Part shown: one piece after another, positions 1 to 28,413 of the stretch
Numbering within the stretch: position 1 is the stretch's first letter
Layout: each line of letters opens with the position of its first letter
Assembly (NCBI RefSeq): GCF_009914755.1
Contig: NC_060925.1
Length of the DNA: 64,000 nt
Reading direction: 5' to 3' (one strand)
Source: the human T2T-CHM13v2.0 reference genome, Homo sapiens
Program-made: the position numbers and the translations under genes
The notes under the pieces: generated by a model
Told to the model about the DNA's origin: nothing
What the model saw: the letters and a program-made list of their open reading frames with translations, nothing else
The model's database searches: none

Positions 1-132
1 CGGTGGATTGGAACAGGAGACTGACTGAGATAGAGAAGATGAGGCTGGAGCAAAGACTGGAGTCAAGATAGGATGAGGTCAGGAGCTGGGGCAGTATTAG
101 AGGAACAAGCCCGGGACTGGGAGAAGGCTTGA

Positions 133-3528
<3,396 letters not shown>

Positions 3529-5325
3529 TCAGGGGTGCTGGCCCCATGATAGGTGCAATGGGTGCCTCCAATTCCCTCTGGCTCTGCCTCCCAGCCTCTG
3601 TCCAAGCAACAGGCAGATTTTCCATGCCTGGGGACTTGCCCCTGGCTCACTGATGATGATACCATCTTAAGTCTCCTGGAATCCTTAAACCCTTCCTTGG
3701 CATTTGTGAGCAAGTATTGAGCCCCTCCCATGTTTTAGGCCCAGTGCTGGGTGCTTTCACCTGCAATTTCTTACAGAGGATGGTATTTCCTAAACTCCAT
3801 TCATTTGCTACCTCCATGATTTTTGCCATATCACCCAACCCATGAAATACATAAATAAATAGTATTTACTCAATATTTTGACTCACTTTTAAAAAACATA
3901 AACTTATCTGAAAAGGGAACCTATGTCACGCCTCTAAATAAACAGTATCAACCAAAAATACAAAAGAAACAAAAATAAATACAAAGACATTCTTGGTTTC
4001 TGGCACCAGGCCCCAGTTCTGGCTCCAACCTTACTGAGAAGTCACATGATCTCTCTGGGCCTCAGTTTTCTCCTCTGGAAAATGGAGCTTTTGGAAGTTA
4101 ATGCATGCACAGTGCCTGGCCCTGAGACTGGAATGGAGTGAGTGGAAGAGAGGTTGCCTGACCTGGCTAAAATTGGTTCTCTGGGCAGACATTTTCCCAA
4201 GGGCCACTGAGAAGACCCTCCTGTTAGGAGTCAGTGAGCTCTGTCGCTGGAGGCATTCAAACAGAGCCTGCGGACTTCTCACTGCGAAGTTGCCCAGAGA
4301 ATTCAGTGCTCAGAGGAAAGGGAGTGGTTATTCCATCAGAGCTGGTTCCCCAGGAGCGGGAGCAGGGCCTGTAGCACCCAGCCTCTGTCCCTGGCTCCCG
4401 TCTATCCGGGATTTTAGCGTTTCCTCTGTAGTTTTCAAGCACTGTCTCATATGACTCTCGCACCAGCGAGAGGCCAGGGGAGATGGTGTCTGCCTGTTAA
4501 AGAGGGGCAGGCTGGTCCACATAGGTCAAGTGACTTGGCCAAGGTCACCAGAGCAGAGTTTTGAACTTGAGCTGTCTGACTCAACTGCCTGGGAAGTGCC
4601 TGCCCCTCCTCTGGCATCCAGGGAGCATGTCCTGGGGCTCTGGCTGGGACATAGCCGGACACCTGCGGGCCCTTTACGTCTCTAAAGAGAGAAAGAGGGA
4701 AGGGCCCCTGTCTAGGGGGTGGTTTCCCTCCAGATGCCACCCCTCCGAGGTCCCCTTCTGCTTCTTCTTGCGGTAGCCAGGGAGGCAGCCCACGGGCAGG
4801 GAAGCGGGGGTGGGGGTGCAGAGTCAGAGGTGCACGTGGACAGAGACAGAGAGACAGGGACACGTGGGCAGAGACGGATAAAGACAGAGACCCAGAGAAA
4901 GCCAGATATGTTGACAGACACAGAGACAGACGCCAGAGAGGAAGGCAGACAAAGAGACGGGTGGAGACAAAGACTCCCACCAAGAGACGCAGAAGGAAGA
5001 TGCCGACGGTAAAGACAAAACAGGAGACGCGCGCAAGGAGCAGGTCAGAGCCCAGGCTCGCTGAGAGAGGAAGGGCTGGGCTGGGGCAGCCCGGAGGCAG
5101 AGAGACCGAGAGTGCGGGGCGGGCGAGGGACGCCAGGGCCGCGTCACCCCAGCCCGTTCCTAGCTCCGCTCCCGGCAGGGGGCGCCCTGGCCTCGTGGCA
5201 CGACCGGCCCGCGGGGCGCGGGGCTCGGGCCGGGGGCGGGGCCGGGGCCGGGCTGGGGAGGGGTTGGGGCCGGGGGCGGGGGAGGGGGCGGGCTGCCCGG
5301 GCCTCACTCGGGCCCCGCGGCCGCC

Positions 5326-5332
5326 TTTATAA
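5326..5332 (+). promoter_or_regulatory. ALPL: TATA box (TTTATAA) of ALPL exon 1 promoter
   Basis: Isolated AT motif inside the GC-rich island, downstream of the GC boxes and about 30 bp upstream of the inferred exon 1 start. Confidence 0.85.
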
Positions 5333-5357
5333 GGCGGCGGGGGTGGTGGCCCGGGCC

Positions 5358-5449
5358 GCGTTGCGCTCCCGCCACTCCGCGCCCGCTATCCTGGCTCCGT
5401 GCTCCCACGCGCTTGTGCCTGGACGGACCCTCGCCAGTGCTCTGCGCAG
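5358..5449 (+). other. ALPL: ALPL non-coding exon 1 (bone-type leader, 1B); TSS approximate
   Basis: Ends at a strong donor, GCGCAG|GTAAGG (GT at 5450-5451). Joining it to exon 2 gives ...GCGCAG|GATTGGAAC..., matching the ALPL mRNA leader as I recall it. Confidence 0.85.
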
Positions 5450-8400
5450 GTAAGGATTCGACGCTGCCCCGCGCCCTGGTTCCCCAGGGCCCCAGCGGAC
5501 GTGGTCCATCCCCTTCTGCATCCTCCGCTGGCCCCGTGGTTGAACTTTAATGGCAGGGCCGGGGTCTCCAGCGCCACGCCGCCCACAGCAGCCCATTCGG
5601 GACGCCCTGCAATTGGTCCTGCCCCTGTCCTCCCGCGCATCCCAAGCTCCCGGCGCGCGCTCTGGGCGGGACAGGAGATTGGACGTGGCGCCCGCGGAGC
5701 CGGCGAACTCAGGGGACCGCGCTCGGGACCGCCCTGCAGTCCCAGGGTCTCCTACCTCCCGAGCCGCTGCCTGGGACCCTGCGCTCTGTCTGGGCACCTG
5801 CCCTTGGTGCCCCGTGACTGAGCCCCTCCTGGTGCCTCCTTAGCCGTAGCTCTAGAGACCTGGGCTGCCAACCCCAAGGCCTCGTGGCCTGGCGCCCTCC
5901 CAGGCGTCCCACCTGACCCGGTGGGGTCTAAAGCAGTTTGGTTTGGGAGGAGGAGAGGGCAGGAGGCGCTTGGAATGGGGGGCGTGGCGGGAGGAGACAG
6001 AGGACACCCGCGTGGGTGTCAAAGTGTGGGCACCCACTGTGGGCACCGCAGCTGTGGGGCAAAGCTCTGGAGCCCGCGAAGCCGAAGGAGCCTGCCGCCC
6101 CCTTTAGGCTTTGCGAGGTGGGCCTCCCAGGGCTGCTTCCCTGCCCAGTCTTGGTAAGAAAGGGTTAAACGCAGGTCTCAGCAGAAAGGCAGGAGGCCGA
6201 GGAAAGCCTCCCCCACTCCCCATTGTGCCTTATGACTCTTTTTCAACACATAATGGGGTCGAAGGCGGGGCCTTTACAAAGGCCTCTGGGTGGAGGGTGA
6301 AATTCCTTGAGATCAAAAGAGGGGGCGATTCTTGGGCCAGGAAGGGCTTTGGGCCCTGGGAAAAAGTCAGACCGCTCAGGTGGGCCCAGCTGCCCAGGGA
6401 GGCAGGGGTTGGGTCCCAGCCTCAGTGTAGATACTGCAACTGTTTTTTGAAGGCCTACCGTGCGTAGAGGGACCTGCTCTGACATCTCATGTACATCATT
6501 TCATTTTACAAATGGGGAAACTGAGGCTTAGACAATTTAAGTAAGTGGTGGGACCAGGGTTTGAATCCAGACTCCAAACTCTGCAGCCCTAGCGTCCTGC
6601 TCCCACTGTGTTGCCTAAGAGATAGGGGGCTGAGCCTTGGTTTTGTCTTCCGGCTCCTCCTGGGCTCAGCCCGCTCTTCCTCCACTCTCCAGTCTTGCTC
6701 TTTCCAACTGTTTAGTCCTCCCCACCTGTGGGTGTCCCCACGCTGTCCTGCCCCAGCCATCCCACTCCCTGGCCCCATGCATCTTGTTCCTGTGTCACCT
6801 TTTTCTTTCTTTAACTGAATACCTGTGAATTCCCTCAGAAGAGGCCCCTGGACACAGCTTCTCAACATCCCAACTGGTGAAGACTAGGCTGAGTGATGAT
6901 CCCGGTCCATGTGCCCATTTGTAAAAAGGGGTGTATTCCCCTTTCGGGACTATTGTGAGGAATAAAACTGAACTGAGGCCAGAACAAGATGCTATCTTCA
7001 TTCAGCAAATACTTAAGCATCCGCCGTGTGCCAAGCTCTGTTCTAGGTGCCGGGAATGCCACAGTAAATCAGCCAAAAGCCCTCTTCTGGATTGGATGTT
7101 TGCATAACAAAATTCTTTCAGGCTTTGAAACTGTCAGAATTCACAGTGTAGACTTGAAATCAAGCTATTCATAAGGAAGGAGATTAAGACGCAATCACCT
7201 GTAAAATGGATTGGCCAACCTTTGGCCCTCACTTTAGCAAAGGCAGCCTTGCTGTGGGACCTGGGATCAGTTCTGTTCCCTCTCTGTGCCTCGGCCTCCT
7301 CCCATAAGCTGTGGAGATCAATAGTGCCTACCAGTGGTGAGGTCTAGATATGATGAATGCTTGCGAAGGGTTTAAGCTGGTACCTGTGCTTAAGAAAATC
7401 CTGGCTATCCTCAGCTCTCTTCTCAGCAGAAAATGCAATGCGGAGACTGGAAGTTGGGTTATGTGCCTACCCTGCCTCTGAACCTGTTACCCACTTCTGC
7501 CCAGGCCCTTCCCATCCTGTTGGGCTACACATGTGGGGTGGCATGGTGCCCTCTTTGCTCACACTCAGATGCCACCTTCTGTCGCCATCCTAAACACAGC
7601 CTGGGCTGGGAGCGCAGAGCTCCATGATGAGATCAGCCCTGGAGCCATCATCTCTGCAGCGCTTCCTGCCCTCTGCCTGTTCTTGTGCCTCACCGTGTCC
7701 TAGCTCAGGACCAAACTCAGCCCTGTTCTGTCCCATGACTTACATACCCAACATTCCCTGCAAGCTGGATATGATCTTGGAAAGGGGAAGTGAGTTGCCC
7801 AGAGGCACACAGATGCTACCTGAGGAGCTGGGGCTGGAGCCTGCGTATCTAGAATTCCAAATCTAGCAATCTCCATGCTGTACCCATCTCTGGGCATATG
7901 AGGCCTTTTAATCCAGGGAGTAGGATCCAGTAGCAGAGCCCGAGTTCTCACCTTGAAATCAGTCTGACTTGGCTTTTTAATACAAAACCCAGAGCTCTGA
8001 GAGAACATTGCTGGGAGAGTGAGCAAGCTGGGCTGAGAACCAGCACTCAGAAATCTCCATGTGGCCACAGGAATGCTGACTTGGCTTCCCAGCACCATGT
8101 CGTCGTCCTTGGCAGGCTGGAGCTGGGCTTTGTGGTATGTTAGATTTGTTTTTTTTCTTCTGGAGATGTCCTCACTTTCAGAGGGCAGTTAGGGGCAGTA
8201 GACTGAAGGTTCATTCCCAGCACTGCCATGCGACCCTGGACAAGTCACCTTCCCTTTCGAAGCCTCAGTTTTCTCATCTGCAATATGGGTTAAAATTATA
8301 TACTTTGCAGGGTCGCAAGATCATAAATGGTTTTCCAACTTTGGGCTGAACCAGCATTGATGTTATTAAGACATTCATATTTCCTGTGGAGCAATTTCAA

Positions 8401-8991
8401 AAGCAGTTAACTTTATCCCTACCAGGTGATCCTGAGGGCCTGAGGGAAGTCCACGTTTAGGTCACAAAAGCCTACACAGCAGGGAAAACACTGGTTTGGG
8501 GGCTGGTGTCTTGGATTCCAATCGCCAGCTGTGTGACCTGAGGCAAGTCACTTTACCTCTCTGAGTGTCAAGCTCATAGGAGGCCCCCAACATCAAGATA
8601 TGATGCTCAGTGTCTGAAGAACATAGTCTCCGTATTTTTCTGCCTCCTTGTACCAGCTCCCAACCCCCCCGCCAACACTTCGTTAATTGCTCCCAGAAAA
8701 ACTCTATGCTTAAAGTTTTCCATGCTTAAATTCTCAGCCTCACTGTGGCATGAAATCAATTGTTTGCATTGAATTTGACTTCTCAAATTAAGGGGTAAAA
8801 TTTGAGATGAGAGTAGGGGGTTAGGGAGGAGATGAGGACGAAGTTAAACCAGATGTGCTTTTGTTTAATTGTAGGATGGTGGTTAAGCTGCTCAAGTATT
8901 ACCATCGTTCTTTCTGAATTCCAGTAACCAGGAGTCAGGTTTCACAAAAAGTCGTAGTGTTCTTTCCTGGCTGGTGTGGACTCGCCCTCTC

Positions 8992-9016
8992 TATTATTAT
9001 TATTATTATTATTATT
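8992..9016 (+). repeat. (TAT)n microsatellite
   Basis: tattattattattattattattatt. Confidence 0.9.
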
Positions 9017-9649
9017 ACTATTTTGTATTCATCTGAGGCCACAGAGTACTGGCCAGAGAGGAGACATAGATCCCCAGAATTTCAGTTGGAAGGCCTTTAG
9101 AAGCTGGCTCGGTCAACTGGGCTCTTGGTGCACCAGGGAGACTGAGGCCCAGAGAGGAGAAGAGGCTTGCCCAGGGTCACACAATTGCTTAGGGCAGAGT
9201 GGACTGGGAATTCAGTCTCCTGGCCTTAAGCTACATGATCTTTCCAAAGGCAACCACTCTCCTGAATTTGGTGTGTTTCATTTCTACAGTATATTCTTAG
9301 CATATCTGTTTTTTGAAAATCATTGTTTAAGGGAGGATGCAGATGATGTGGGTTGGTGGAAAAAGATATTAAGCTCAGGAGAGCTGAGCTGAAGTCCTTG
9401 AATACCTCTGTGACCTTGGGCAAGTCACTTCCCCTGTCTGAGTCTCAGATTCTTCATCTGTAAACCAATATATCTGAGGAGTAGGAGTGGAGAGATGAGA
9501 CTTCCCTAAGACTTGGAATGGGTCTAATGTATTCAACTGGTCCTCAGATATTTATAGCCTGCTGTGTGCTGGGTTATGGGAGATCCATCACAAACTGCCT
9601 TCCTAAGGCTGCAGGGGGTGGGGGATTGTTGACTTTTGCGGTGATTAAA

Positions 9650-9910
9650 CAACTTTTATTTAGTTGCTGGTGTTTTTAAACCAGGCAATTTCATTTTATA
9701 TAAAGATAAGGATTTCTGGCTTCTCTTGAAAGATCAGAAGATGTGGCCATATGGGGCTATGTCCCTGCCTGGCCACAGTGGCTGGAGCTGATTAGCAGCT
9801 GCTCCATCCACTTTACCACAGTCTCCACCACGCCCCACTGCCTCACACTTGCCCACCTGCCTCCCTGACATTACCTACCTACCTTCTGAGCTTGCGGTTT
9901 CTGGGCTAGA
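9650..9910. mobile_element. MER102/Charlie-like fragment
   Basis: GATTTCTGGCTTCTCTTGAAAGATCAGAAGAT...GGCTGGAGCTGA resembles MER102. Confidence 0.5.
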
Positions 9911-11179
9911 TGCAGTGAGGCCATGTAAGAGGGGCTCAAATTCCACTTGAATGATTGTGTGGGGCTTGGGCCAGCCCTCAGGGGGCTCAGGGTGAGAATA
10001 TGGGACACGTGGACACTAGCCCCTCTTCCATAGCCTGGCAACATCTACAAAACATGTCAGCTAGGCGAAGGAGCTTTTTTCCTGCTTCGGTGGTCCTCAG
10101 GAAGAGTCTGAGGGCTCTGGAGGTTTGGGGGTGATAGAGCATCTACCTGTCAAGGCTCAGCGAGTTGAGCCCAGGGTCTAGCTGGGGACAGGCATCGCTG
10201 GGTACTTCATTCTAAAGATTGCACAGCCCCTGCAGGGAAGAGACTCCCTTGACAGCTTCCACCTTACCCCTTGCTCCCCAAGAGCCCTGTGCATTGGTGC
10301 GCCACTTCACCCTGTGCTCCCTAACAGCCCTGTGCATCAGTGCATAACCACTTCTCAGACAGGAAACACGATCTTGCACTCTGAACCCACAGCTCTCTGT
10401 TCCACCCCCTTTGCTGGGAGCCAGGGCCTGGTGATGACAGGCAGGTACCATGGTGGCTGCAGCAAGCATCTTAGAATCGCCATGTCTGAGCCAGAGGGTA
10501 GCACAGGAGGCTGTGAAGCCTGATGGTTACATGCGGGGGGCTCTGGAGGCAGCTGCTGTGATGTGAGATTCTAGGTCTCCACGAATCAACTGCTCCAGGG
10601 GTTATGAGATGGACAAGGGAGACTGATTGATTGTCGATTGCTGATACTAACCTCACATCCCCTGGTCCTTACACCTGCAGACGACTTCAGAAATGTGCCC
10701 TGTGTGGGAAGTGGCATTTTGTGAGCACCATTGGGTACCAGGCACTTTCGCACATTACCTTTGATACTCACCTACCCCCTACTCTCCAGCATTTTGCAGT
10801 TAAGGAGACTGAGGCTCAGAGGGCAGACACCTTAGGATTACTCCTCCCCTAGGTCTCTATGCCTCTCTGCTTTGACCCAGGGAAGGGAGGAGAGGACAGG
10901 CTGGAAGGTCATTTCTGGAAATAAGGCCGTGGAGACCCTGTAGTGAGGCCCTGACCCTCCAGACTTTCTAAGCCACCCCCTCCTCCTCCACTCCAGCTTG
11001 TTTCAGAGATGCTTCTTCATCCTTCCAGAGCTCAGTTTGTCATTCAGGTGCATGAACTTTACCTGGCCAGGTCTGCAAACTGCTGGGCAGAGCTCAGCAA
11101 ATATTTTATGTTCTTTAAAAAAGTTTTTAGGTGGCTGAAGCAAATTGCTTTTACTGGAAAAACCAGAAGTGTGACCTTT

Positions 11180-12208
<1,029 letters not shown>

Positions 12209-12797
12209 TGACCCGTCTGCCGCCATTCTGGTGAGAAAATGTCTCATCTGAGGCCCATTTCCCCTCCTCCACTCCTTCTGAGCCCTTCTATAGCTCCTCT
12301 TCTTTCTCTGCCTCATTCCGCTGGTCCCTGCCACGCCACTACTAACTAAAAGTCCATAGACTATAAGCCCAACATGCACGTACTAGGCATGGTGCTCAGT
12401 GCCTTGCCTGTAATTACTATTTGGTCCTACAGCAGCGCTGGGTGGCAGGTGCTATTATCCCCACATTACAGATGAGGAAACGGAAACACAAACTCCCCCA
12501 GCTGGGAAGTGAGAAGTAGACATGTTTGTTCCCTGCGGTGACCCATCCATCCATTCAAGGCTACTGCTTTCTCCGTAATGCAAATGACATAACCCATCTT
12601 CCTAGAAGAGTCAGTTCCCTATTTATCTTAAAACCATCCAATATAGAAATTCATATTCTAGGTCTGTTAGCCTATCAAGATATCAGAGATAAGCAGGGTT
12701 CCTCTCAACAGCTTGTCCAAGCCCTTAATCACCTAAGTGATTTTTTTGTGTGTGAAAATGCTGTTTTTTTGCTTTTCCCCATGACCTAATCCTTATA

Positions 12798-13147
12798 CAG
12801 ATGCTCCTTGATTTACCAAAGGTTTTTGTCCTGGAATTGTAATTTGAAAAATATCATAAGTAGAAAATGGTTATAACACCTAACCTGTCAAACATGGTAG
12901 CTTAGCCTGACTTACCCTAAATGTGTTCAGAACAGTTACGTTAGCCTATAGTTGGGCAAATCATCTAACACGAGGCCTATTTCATAATAAAGTGTTGACT
13001 ATCTCATGTCAATTTCTTGGCTATACTGTATTGAATGTGAAAAACAGAATGGCTGGTTGGGTACTCGAGGTGTGGTTTCCACTGAACACTGTAGCTTTTG
13101 CATCATCGTAAAGAAAAAAATCTTAAGTGTAAGTTGGGGACAGTCTG
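12798..13147. mobile_element. MER47A-like Tigger-family DNA transposon
   Basis: TA|CAGATGCTCCT...GGGGACAGTCTG|TA termini with TA target sites; internal GTTGGGCAAATCATCTAACAC...AATAAAGTGTTGA. Confidence 0.75.
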
Positions 13148-14001
13148 TAATGAACATTTAAGGGCTTACTCTGTGTCAGAAACTGAGCTAATCACTTTGA
13201 ATGACCTTATTGTATTGAGCTCATAATTCTTTCCATTTTGCAAACAAGGAAACGGAAGCTCAGAGAGATTGAGTAATGTTCTCAAAGTTTGGAAAGTGCA
13301 GGTGAGACTCAAATCCAGGGTTGCCCAATCAGATTGGCATCTGGATTCAAATTTGCATGTTTGGAGAAGAGCTCTCAGGGCACCTTGTGGTACACATTTG
13401 TTTTTCAGTGAGTGTTTGCAAATGACATGGGGGTTGGGAGGCCCCAGGGGGAGGAGACAGAACATAGACACACCTGGTGGGGCACCAGCGTCTGTTCTCC
13501 CAGACAGTGTTTCTTAGCCTGTTCACCCCCTCATAGGAAATGACAAGCCTAGAAGGAAGCATCCTGAGAAACCCAGAGGGGCCTGGGTTTGAATCCCAGC
13601 CCTGCCATTTCAAGCTGTGTGACCTTCGCCAAGTCCCTTTCCCTCTCTTAGCTTCTGGCTACCCTCCCTACCACGCATGGTTTATTTGAATGAGGCAAGG
13701 CCTTAGGATTTTTCGATTTGTGGATGGCGAATAGCCAGCATGTCTCCTTCCTCTCTCCTGCCCTGCACCCACATCAGACATCACTAGTCAACCACTGCTT
13801 GCTTTCCTTCCCAGATTCCTTCTAAGTACAGTGCTCCAGACAGCCATTAGCAACTAATATAGAGTTGGCACACAAGATAAAAGGACATCCCAGAACCAGA
13901 TTAGATTTGGTCATTGTGTGGGTGGGGGTAGGGAAGGGGTAGGCCCAGGTGGCACCCAGTTCAGTGTCACGGTGCTCCTTGGTCTTCTTTTCCTTGTCTT
14001 T

Positions 14002-14168
14002 GGAGGAACTAAGCTAGACTGTACCAGGGCCCGCCCCAGGTGTGGGGTAGGAACCTTTTATGAGGCACAGAGCTGTGCCCATGTTCAGTCCCAAGGGAGA
14101 GGCAGGTTTCTGGGCCTCATCACTGTCTAGGCTTAAAGTAAGAGTGACGAGAAAGAGGCTGGTTTCAG
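14002..14168 (+). repeat. Left arm of 167-bp inverted repeat
   Basis: Reverse complement of 15081-15247 with 3 mismatches (aligned by hand). Confidence 0.95.
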
Positions 14169-15080
14169 GTCCTCCTGGAAAGAGTTAGGCCTGCCCCTCT
14201 CCACCCTTTGTCATAACATCCATAGTAGTAATAAGAGTTCTCGACACTGACGGACCACTTGTTACGCACCAAGCCACTCTGCGAAATGCTTTGTATACAT
14301 TTACACATTTAATCCTTGTACCAGCCCATTTTTCAGGTGAGGAGAATGACTCAGAGTAATTAGCCTGGGTTTGCCCAGCTGGTAAGTGTCGGAGCTACGA
14401 TTTGAATTCATATCTGTCAAACCCCGAATAAATAACTCTTATTACTACGATGGATATTATTACAAAGGATGGGGAGGGGCCAGCCTAACTCTTTCCAGGA
14501 GGACCTGAAACTGAGCTCTTTCTTTTTTTTATGGTATTCAGAACATCACTTTATAAACTGTTGTCAGATTACCATTTAAACATTAATACCCAAATACAGA
14601 ATTTAGACAATTACTTTAAATTGTAACTGTACCATCCCCAAGCTCTCAGCTATGAATTTGGTTTGGGGAGAGGGCTCCGTAATAGGCCACTGAAGTCCCC
14701 CGTCCCACCCCTTTATTCTCCCCTGAAAACTAGCTGCCTGACTGCTCTGCCAGACTTGGGCTAGAACTTGGCTTCACTGTGACAGTGGGACCACCTGGGC
14801 CCTACAGTGTGGCAAAACCGACCCGCCCACAAACTCCATCCCAGGTGTTGAGATGCTAACACACTGAAGCTGAAAGACCCCACTTGGTTTTGCCACAGAT
14901 CAAGTTGCATCTGACTAGAGAGCCTGTCCTCTACCCTATTTCCTGCACAAGTCTTTTTCTTTGTAATGCAACAAGCGCTACTCAGCTCAGATCCAGTGGG
15001 ACACAGGGAAAGGGGCTGTAGTGTAGCCCAGCCTTGCTGAGGGAGACCCCTGCCTCGCCAAAGCACTTCGCTCACAAAGG

Positions 15081-20457
<5,377 letters not shown>

Positions 20458-21626
20458 TGAATAGAAGCACAAAGGAAGGGAAGGGATCACCCAAGGTCCT
20501 ATAGCTCATACATGGGTTAATCCAGAATTGGAACCCGGGCAGCCTTGCTCCAGAGTCCGGTCTCACTTAATGAGTACTAGATAATTCTCTGCATGTCAGA
20601 TGGGTACACTCTTCTTGAACCTGCTAGTTCTTTTGGAGCCAGATCTGGGGAGGGGGAGCAAGGCAGGAGTTGAGCAAATAGCAGGAACAGACTGTGTGAC
20701 ACTTGCTGGGAGGCTCCGAGGCTCCAGCTCCCTGAGCTTAGAAGTGCGGAGTTTATCTATCCCCTGCGCGATTCCTGGGGGAAGGGAAGGACAGGCGAAG
20801 GGGCATGGCGGGGCAGTCCTGGTGTCTCCAGGACCAGGGTCAGGGGGAGGCCAGAGCAATTAGCCTGGCTGAGGCCTCTGCTAACTCAGAAACGTAAGTG
20901 GGGGATTGGTCCAGGCCTCACTCCAGGGCTCTGGCCTCGAGCCTGACCCTCCTGAGTTTCTATCTGAGGCTTCCAGAGTCTTCCTGGGGCAGTGAATCTC
21001 AGAGTGCTGGTTTGTGTGAGAACTTTGTTCTGAAATTTCCCTTTTCAACAACCAAATCCCTGGGCTGGCCTGCCTGCCCCACTTCCCCCTCTTGGAGGAA
21101 ACGGATGCTTTCCTCTTGGGCGGCCACATGATTTGAATAATCAAGTGTTTCCCAGCTGGCCTCTGGCCAAACGGAGCTCAGCTGGGCAAGGCCCCCAGTT
21201 GGGGCACTGAGGCAAGCCTGCCAACCTCCTCATCCCGCCACACGCTCCAGCCACCGAGGGTAAAATACAGGAAAAATGCATGGCCCATAGACTTGGCTGG
21301 GCCAGGCCCCAGACTATTCCTGTGATGGAGGCAGCGCTTGTCTTGGGCTTTGTCCCATCTACCTGGAGAAAGCTGAGTGGAGGAAGAAAAAGGCTGCCCC
21401 TGCTCAGGAAATTCCTGATGGAGCGGCCTCTCCTGGCGTGCTCACCTGGGTGCTGGCGTCTTGGCACTTGTCAGGGTGGAGAGAGGAGGAAGCCAGTCAA
21501 GAAGGGGAAAGACGGGTGCGGGAGGACATTCACTGATTCAACAAACATCTCATTAGCCCAACTGCCTGTGAGGCCCAGGGTTAGGTGCTGGAATCACAGA
21601 TGGATCTGCCCTGGATTTTGCCTTCA

Positions 21627-27340
<5,714 letters not shown>

Positions 27341-27393
27341 CCATGCTTTGACTTTATCTCAGTAGACACTTGTGCCATCCTCCTGGGCTGCTT

Positions 27394-27692
27394 TATGCAA
27401 GATACTTTTTGTGGGTTTCATGAAAATGTGGGCTTAGTGATAAGCCATAAGTTAATTGAGGGGCAGAACAAAGGTGGGTTGGACAATTTGGGGCTCACAT
27501 GTCCTGGGATAGAGAGCCAAAGGGGCTCTGGGAAAGGGAGGAGGATTCTGGGAGGACACGGAGTCAGCAGAGAGGAGGATGGAGTTTCAACAAGCCCAGA
27601 GCTGAAGTTGGAGACTGAGGTCTAGGGTAGCAGATGTGGGCTTTGCCAGGAGGCAGGTCCAGAGGGTGGCTGTGGGGCTGAACTCCAACCCC
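27394..27692 (+). repeat. Copy 1 of ~300-bp direct duplication
   Basis: Colinear with 30274-30572; both contain GGCAGAACAAAGGTGGGTTGGACAATTTGGGGCTCA. Confidence 0.9.
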
Positions 27693-28132
27693 ACACCCAG
27701 CTCTGACCTTAGTTGTTCCAGGACAGTGGGTGTGTGTATGGGGGCCTGGGCTTGGAACAGAGAGGCAAGAGGAGAACTCAAACCCTGTTTTCTTTTCTGT
27801 AATATTCTCTCCACCCTAAAGACCATGCCCTGCCTTTTCTCCTGGCTGCAGCAACCCCTCCCCGCCACCCTACACACACTAGTTTAAACTCTCTTCCATC
27901 TCCCAGGAGATTCTGTTTCCCCATTGTTGCCTAGGCTTAGTGGTATTTTGTTCTGTTGTTACTTGGGATTGATGTTGAGAAGGAGGACCCAGGAGCCATA
28001 TGTCTTCTCTCTCTGTTGGGGCAAGGAGCGTGTGGATTCCCCAATCCCCTGTCCCACCACCAGCCAGAGCACAATGAATTCAAAAGTAAAACCATAAACT
28101 GATTAGAGACAACCCAGAGTCAGTGGTATTAG

Positions 28133-28413
<281 letters not shown>

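Larger units (their letters stand above)
4820..6110. promoter_or_regulatory. ALPL: CpG island / GC-rich ALPL main (bone-type) promoter and start of intron 1
   Basis: Very high GC and CpG density not derived from Alu. GGGCGG (Sp/KLF) boxes at 5117-5292 and two CACGTG E-boxes (4833-4838, 4861-4866). Spans the TATA box and exon 1. Boundaries approximate. Confidence 0.9.

Noticed and set aside
4523-4547. Two AGGTCA half-sites (possible nuclear-receptor element)
   Set aside because: Embedded in a MIR core (AAGTGACTTGGCCAAGGTCAC) that recurs many times in the window; the 13-bp spacing is not a canonical direct repeat.
4734-5012. ORF MPPLRGPLLLLLAVAREAAHGQG... with a signal-peptide-like start
   Set aside because: Weak Kozak context (C at -3, C at +4), short hydrophobic core, body made of the AGAC low-complexity tract, and its donor (5008, phase 2) is out of frame with ALPL.
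4447-5912. Long overlapping ORFs in the promoter (e.g. 286 aa at 4447..5307 -, 156 aa at 5327..5797 -)
   Set aside because: Low-complexity Pro/Arg/Gly/Ala or Leu/Ser/Val translations expected from GC-rich and AG-biased DNA; no recognisable domain.
8976-9392. 138-aa ORF with a poly-Leu N-terminus
   Set aside because: Poly-Leu comes from the (TAT)n microsatellite, the start is GTG, and the body is partly MIR-derived.
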